A DNA stretch of 61,026 nt, taken from assembly GCA_964489405.1 (NCBI GenBank), contig CAZAYL010000003.1, forward strand, positions 1 through 61,026, read 5' to 3'. Positions 59,601 to 61,026 of this stretch are shown piece after piece. A model generated the notes under the pieces. The model saw only the letters and a list, made by a program, of their open reading frames with translations, was not told the DNA's origin and ran no database searches. This DNA is from an uncultured Lachnospiraceae bacterium. GTDB taxonomy: Bacteria; Bacillota; Clostridia; Christensenellales; UBA1242. The translations under genes and the position numbers were made by a program. The stretch's first letter is position 1, and each line of letters opens with the position of its first letter.

Positions 59601-60873
59601 TTCTGAAGATACAAAAATAGGTGATGAGCAATATAGAGCGAGTGATTGGTACTATGTCGGGAAGGAAAACTGTTTTGCGGGAAGTGGAAGTAAATATAAT
59701 GCGAATGCACGTCAAATAAAAAATACCTTGAAAGGAGATACGAATGCATCTACTTGCAAATACACAGTCGCTTACACAAATTGGAACTCTTCAAGTTTGA
59801 CCATTGTGCGCGACAATTCCACATACAAAGGTCTTGTTACTGGAGTGAGATTTAATACCATAAGGGACGGCGGTGGTGTATCTGTACTTACATTTTTGAC
59901 ATATCAAGCAATTGGCAAACAAAGTAACAACAACGACGGTGTAAGTGACAACAACAACGGTGTATATATAAATTCCGACCCAAGTAATCCAAGTTTTCGA
60001 TATTTTTCATATAGAATGAAGCTATCGTTTAAACAAACAGGGAATGAAAATGTAGAAGAACAATACTATTCCTCAACATATAGCGGTTTTACTGCTACAG
60101 GAAGTACCGAGAAATGGAACTTGTATTTGTATGTTAGGATAGATGAAGGCGCATTGAAAAAATATTTCAGCGTTTGGCAAAGTTTATATGAAGCATATAA
60201 AATAGATAAAACAAAATCAGATAGTATGCTAAACTATATAGAGATGTCGGCAACAAGTACTTCAAGTGTTAAATATAATGAGAAAGACTGGGTTAGTTAC
60301 GCAAAATTAAGTACTAACAATACTACAGTAGAAAACGTACCAAAACGTCAACGTCTATCTCCAGTGACTAAGCTTGAGGCTTCCACTAGTGATGTAAGGG
60401 GAGATTGGCCTTTTGAGGCGATAGTAATTGGATATGATTATATTGCTAGCTGGGACAATTATTCAAGTCGATTATCATCTTATATTGAAGGCATAGAAGT
60501 AAAATACTATTTTTACTACAACAGCTGGCTTCAGGCGAATTTGAAAACCCCAACAGATAGGGATAGATACAATAGGTGGGTTACTCCTAATCATTGCATT
60601 ATAAACAAAAGAACAGGAGAGCCAGATATTAGTAAAACATCTTATTCTGTATACTTAGGAAACTTGGATGATAGACTAGATGGTTCACTTGCTAGAGTAG
60701 ATGAATCACGAATATGTGTAATAGTACAAGTCAAAAGTAAAAGCAATGAATATGATGATTCAGCAATTGTAATGAACAACAACTGGGGTGCCAACCCATT
60801 TGAGAAGTGGCCTAGTAATCCGAATTACCCACTCCCAGAATATGAAAAAAGTTGTGCAAAATATTCGTGGTAA
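47602..60873 (+). CDS. Giant (~4423 aa) N-terminally anchored surface protein: at least 25 FN3/Ig-like ~100-aa modules plus a distinct C-terminal region
   Basis: Uninterrupted 13.3-kb ORF. I prefer the ATG at 47602 (AGAGG SD at 47591-95) over the TTG at 47575. Signal anchor KAREMWLRILTIFALLVMVTGLALFIYF. The modules repeatedly start L-x-x-P-x-N/S-[LV] and contain W..V..A..Y-x-[VI] (LTEPTSLSYDENTHKLTWDAVENASTYTVVL; LATPNGLRYQMNGELVWFSWDSVPNAYSYTIEL; LQAPQVLLVEN...FSQIDNATSYNIRI; LSTPTVSFYEL...IEFATGYELEL and others). There is no C-terminal anchor motif. Confidence 0.9.
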   Translation: MSKLESREKIEKRVKAREMWLRILTIFALLVMVTGLALFIYFQTSYQTRIQLDTPANVRVEKLGDSVYLKFDKVKNATAYRYSIDNHIIQVGADDLNVDITALVESPKKYKISVQAIAESGFKNSEISYAEDFVVTKTLAQPIADIDKYDSKLVWVNVDGADMYEVTIIVNSDITEPTTALVSKNEFDISDIVDDYTKKYSFSVKALAENEYINQSASSNAVEHSLKGRLTEPTSLSYDENTHKLTWDAVENASTYTVVLSHGNLEPQKFICSSNYIYFNSQDVQTIGEYEVYVYANNVQSQGLDEEVTWFLASEKSEIISFSVYEKLATPNGLRYQMNGELVWFSWDSVPNAYSYTIELVNAESVAFYQKNTVANEINLRRDLEGAIGGDFRIRVKANGYGYYYTSDFSAIMELNVLDKFAPVQNIEVLENGKYLTFTAPAKSAVSNVKFAPKNGYKVVILDENDNEIYNQTIYSTLLDTSTIFTQPIAYKISINTNAYGYFRASEITTAQYCHQEVLKTPTNVTLYKQTSTETNGTGEIVEINTMKLSFTGDINATDYTLWFEGVEYQNILTNKTYSGFATKTIDDVNKVATLEIDISSFSASILGYDPLTIAKKYSAKVKCIGNVGDSEMLAGYKDSKFSPVTMFENKIKLQAPQVLLVENVDEEKVILYFSQIDNATSYNIRITSAISGVTSVMTSRLTTCNIHSIISAGNNSITLTAVGSGYYENSDPSETIEYNYEPILKAPNDVEITEETLEGSVHYYATFTTTRFAEYYYVDIRKTHELQTINGTKQAVELTGAIFETLSTKFSKGTLKTNCDITEYLTNNGFGKYEVKVRAVFEQPEVPETPFIYSKKDSNIATYTYFDQQPAPTNLAFDKTTKILTFTGTETAQKGYIIRVKLEQSDGSFITNEISTLETTVDLSETIAILGGVGKFTISAMTRKVDELFLGNSAWATLEPVEIRIKLADPTNFQYSDSLQEVSWTSDLRMEYEYLKLTFRNKSISYTLREITDDSFNLSFVSLREYIKQYGDGFYEFTVQSFSHKNMVDDSEIVTYTYTKYVQLDSPVLISVMDRNNYVEAKFATSENAKTYAIIAKLPTEEVWTKIKTNIEDNGEDEITVDIKAELSKLYGANKYDIAVIAETYDYFQESQPSNSLPFELWLKFSPPANLTAEYDEEQGKYYALWDAVSYAETYSFTVNERVIASDITNTKFDLTSVIGDESTGKFLLGVRVNATGYYYNSLYTTYDFYLSSALSAPTITYDDKTHKLAISKQGGEIGYALYIDYFATESALSSKTPTNHLEYENIQATIINLTNTMEITGLGIYVIKVKALGDGVYWQNSDWSEELKAYYTEPLAPLTALNVDKRQNGGQIENYIVITKPTDVIYENALIQYVFYEIDNIDSDIQSEQTPALTIVDNRTEFKIERLSSAKYYKVVATILGVYDNFQTYSNNLTSTELNTAISALAYYVNSEEKSVNFSTFGNQLSAPIIQSIAMTAEKQITITFAKVLNAETYTLIVARQSKNAVIYEKVINAENTDATIGTDAITVTLSATTADFADEYDIYNIKLCANDVLVDPTSEEIAYAKSPNTEIDFAYTTTLSTPTVSFYELNDGTLRIEVSNIEFATGYELELKVNGFAQIYSLTDTYIDFSSAQYGAYIARAKALGDEYHKNSDWSASEEYTYRNQLASVEKVEIISNGDVATLATRIYAQWNEVNGAKMYGVKVDKDGTKIGEYETNKTYYDLINIFKANGYGTYTVWAKTNSDGAYIIGESKYTKYDTYQYKGQFEVPFSFEITYDYNTSVYPTKLTYLTKFSAVSGAKKYIITIYANDEEKTKVKEFELYASALSLENDIYNADISEYLKDIDGGVYNATIKVAETSANLASEESESISFTNYHLYKDPSLTAKQFGERPFIRVNFIEISNANYYSLYINDTLYEVNGEKFQFISGYIDISAQYLNIGQENTFILEIIEEPSAYYLNTYYRVKVSNFTFKLSSVENIAIEQTSKTQIADGENNYIWLSFDQVDYATDYELYIDNEKVETLQAGQEKYDISALFANRMPKDNYKIELIAIDSADKLTRSDSKIYTFDYTLQFSAPTNLTMSDDTQISATWAEPQNLQSFQTLATENSIAFGEQKYKIIVYYILNSAENEVKQITDISSNSYDLTSIVNEPGTWRIDVYASANGAFDESITCASTTYNYVLTLDAVQNVKISQDNGTYSLSFDKVNEYNYTYAKDYYLNNLYYKIYVNGGLVYTPTHTGLPSNPVINITNKLWGGDNIIYVITANDKVAHFIESEQSNSAECTYSTQFTTLFHAEGINDEKNNKQLFRFDSFNVNGMTSDEILDLTYTLSIYNIDGVLISTKDDYKAERYNSSKLQIDITSVINGQPGSYQIIAKINAYQKSFLLGEKTINFAMNESDTVTISYDHKLRADTPKLSLLVIDIDGNERDANIGLEMQEMWLTFDVKFSDAFLARASELEYTLLINDSEYYLTLPYSTDKIGQTVTASGSMVTNSEIVKVSTRVKITERTESSERKISLSFSIIELIEKDGFNIYKSGVINIKAKSAEQGYYLESTYQINSLRYDYYLRYKTPTGLEYVTRQDGAHYIKWDVPTHAHVSNYYDIIDTYNVTIESMGVIDESGSASNPHNTLGGKHSCNFTRDEIIVENGYLYYNIENLLFAGHNTISLKCNESKANYYLESFATTIENNEYYKKIKTPEFTVDDLDTNTKGNDNAVKGVKINIINYDNDGDYDKELNKVINYNSSALYRVEITSQSECKSTTKNPSQSAYMDYSVIFKVNKSGTFEIINGADYVLSYKIKFSTINNCGTLQIEWQFAEPGRYTYSITALGDEANYTLDSDTQTLAHDTTYSAPTLTATLSIYHYDKNSNEVLRTGENTTTTRMSKIVLEWQTDLSYFYNAEYELTIEGSYNSGEKNSFVVKITNQTSITFSKDENGAIFYEIMYRPANYTFTLKSLAKTSAVSAGASDEMTYYYISTGKKMSYNYYVQIDKPQELSIDETYPNQYIKVKIPQYLIDAGIQDKTAQITASYKIEQLEYNVGETACASNSDSNTVKLGAEANYYYINVTDKLYPGKNKITLWFNEISKQYFTQSDSLEVQCDYIATLAQIDTVTYENLYDTSGYIKGFALSFNNVNYNTHFAYRLDIEGTQWNQNFRKSLLLKSTSTYDKTLCYTISYGDDSIAEQAKVSASGLRTRKGTTNGYTYSPYSYSPCVKKSGNYVMTFLVLIDGGLPDEYSIKITSIGELKVNSNSEVNPLLSDLNSLKKDGTTLATRSSEPKELFYIMKGILKQANLSIGVKNNGEFKEATSNSTSNAVAYVYNTDNPGNSFSCLSYSTNQNSKTFSGKYNSNVYLKVTLPKNDYQATKYGLYWTLGNTSDSGYMTVLNIDETNGNYYESGYSEVEIVTEGESVVAYIDLVEIGALSYRGAYTFWITAINESTVGSNEYVYENPKVDSITRFANRFDKVNTPTLGTKSSFDFVEEQYIEITNFGRYSLDKYNTREYKIKVTITEKDENGKTLEYSFEFSNNSINSNYSAEELYPYYQYSSLYIPYAYLEEKFEEKGFVFGNIYVKIYIDVTESDYLWDSDDSDPAIIQYKGYIEFPNFAKNEAEFNGGTYENPGSGTAYTEYTFGNDSEIPTKITAKYLINANKKFLNNSKYKLRLKVWNSTNYKTLDLELGNNKSLEVFNIKKEGTKEGILHDILETNFTYGEHTLGMQIEGLYYSDDKEEVPDTAYYYDKGTYWINFVVKYKLRAPTVEFELDNNNIKLNSLNIKYYFKELNENEIDTIYKDKDTYVKYNIKSDSWSSEGSSNINIDKDGVQKIILDNEDNKDNENTGKFEAKVYLSCSNNYILDSDEVSCSQIVKSLPGVSSAYIDIEKKIDTNGTTYNNVKLTIKVQEVKTFNSNATVTFKDGELRVEYFKFELYLINVANANTGTISEEYTGSISRIQADLNRDFNSLMSNTSKNAFAPGRYYFKIRISEDTKIGDEQYRASDWYYVGKENCFAGSGSKYNANARQIKNTLKGDTNASTCKYTVAYTNWNSSSLTIVRDNSTYKGLVTGVRFNTIRDGGGVSVLTFLTYQAIGKQSNNNDGVSDNNNGVYINSDPSNPSFRYFSYRMKLSFKQTGNENVEEQYYSSTYSGFTATGSTEKWNLYLYVRIDEGALKKYFSVWQSLYEAYKIDKTKSDSMLNYIEMSATSTSSVKYNEKDWVSYAKLSTNNTTVENVPKRQRLSPVTKLEASTSDVRGDWPFEAIVIGYDYIASWDNYSSRLSSYIEGIEVKYYFYYNSWLQANLKTPTDRDRYNRWVTPNHCIINKRTGEPDISKTSYSVYLGNLDDRLDGSLARVDESRICVIVQVKSKSNEYDDSAIVMNNNWGANPFEKWPSNPNYPLPEYEKSCAKYSW

Positions 60874-60905
60874 GCCACTCACTATAAAAATGGTAAGCCA
60901 CTCAC
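60868..60905. repeat. 15-nt perfect direct repeat spanning the stop codon of the giant gene
   Basis: TGGTAAGCCACTCAC occurs at 60868-60882 (including the final Trp codon and TAA) and again at 60891-60905, separated by TATAAAAA. Confidence 0.9.
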
Positions 60906-61026
60906 GCCCATCGTCATTGCGAGCGAAGCGTCGGTGCCAGACGGCACAGGTGCAGGTGTGTGTTGGTGTGAGTATGTTGTTGTGAGATGACAACCAAACC
61001 TGCAGTCAAGGCGAGCCTTGCCCGGA

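Noticed and set aside
60760-60993. ORFs of 77 aa (-) and 65 aa (+) in the GC-rich tail after giant gene 2.
   Set aside because: They overlap each other and the giant gene end, have no SD, and read through a repeat and hairpin-rich non-coding-looking element. The peptide strings (RFARNDD, SLRAKRR) are typical translation artefacts of GC-rich repeats.
1-61026. The possibility that this is a code-4 (TGA = Trp) Mollicute, given the low GC and giant surface proteins.
   Set aside because: TGA is used as a genuine stop (for example 3942-3944 and 28923-28925). All conserved ribosomal proteins also have normal lengths under code 11.

Overview
This is a 61-kb window from a low-GC bacterium (about 35-40% GC by eye). 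It uses the standard genetic code: TGA ends the CDSs at 3944 and 28925, so this is not a code-4 Mollicute. I call 53 CDSs, and 51 of them are on the + strand. I found no rRNA, tRNA, CRISPR array, IS element or prophage.

The core (17647-34127) is one contiguous S10-spc-alpha ribosomal-protein cluster, rpsJ to rplQ. It includes secY, two tandem adk genes, map, a KOW-domain gene, infA and rpmJ (missed by the ORF track). The gene order is Clostridia-like: KOW gene between map and infA, and rpsD inside the alpha operon. Downstream housekeeping genes are deoC, tex, serS, argS, a U32 peptidase and two tandem YugP-like Zn-peptidases. Upstream are a DUF362/ferredoxin gene, a minimal sufC plus short sufB/D pair, and a three-gene operon containing a DUF1858 redox-disulfide protein.

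The accessory content is dominated by two giant genes that together fill about 37% of the window:
- 3964-13191 encodes a 3075-aa protein held only by an N-terminal TM helix. It has about 12 divergent copies of an unrecognised ~180-210-aa module, followed by Listeria-Bacteroides repeats.
- 47602-60873 encodes a ~4423-aa protein, also N-terminally anchored. It has at least 25 FN3/Ig-like ~100-aa modules and a compositionally distinct, non-repetitive C-terminal region.

Neither giant protein has an LPXTG, SLH or other C-terminal anchor. Each is preceded by small orphan genes.

Other points worth a second look:
- A Cys4 zinc-ribbon insertion and charged tail in ribosomal protein L24.
- Tandem diverged adenylate kinases.
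- Structured leaders before rpsJ and rpsM.
- A recurrent intergenic motif (CAWTGTGTAAAT), clustered upstream of sufC.
- A probable leaderless U32 peptidase mRNA whose promoter sits inside the argS terminator.
- A GC-rich element with a 15-nt direct repeat at the 3' window edge.

All functional calls rest on motifs read by eye. No database search was run.
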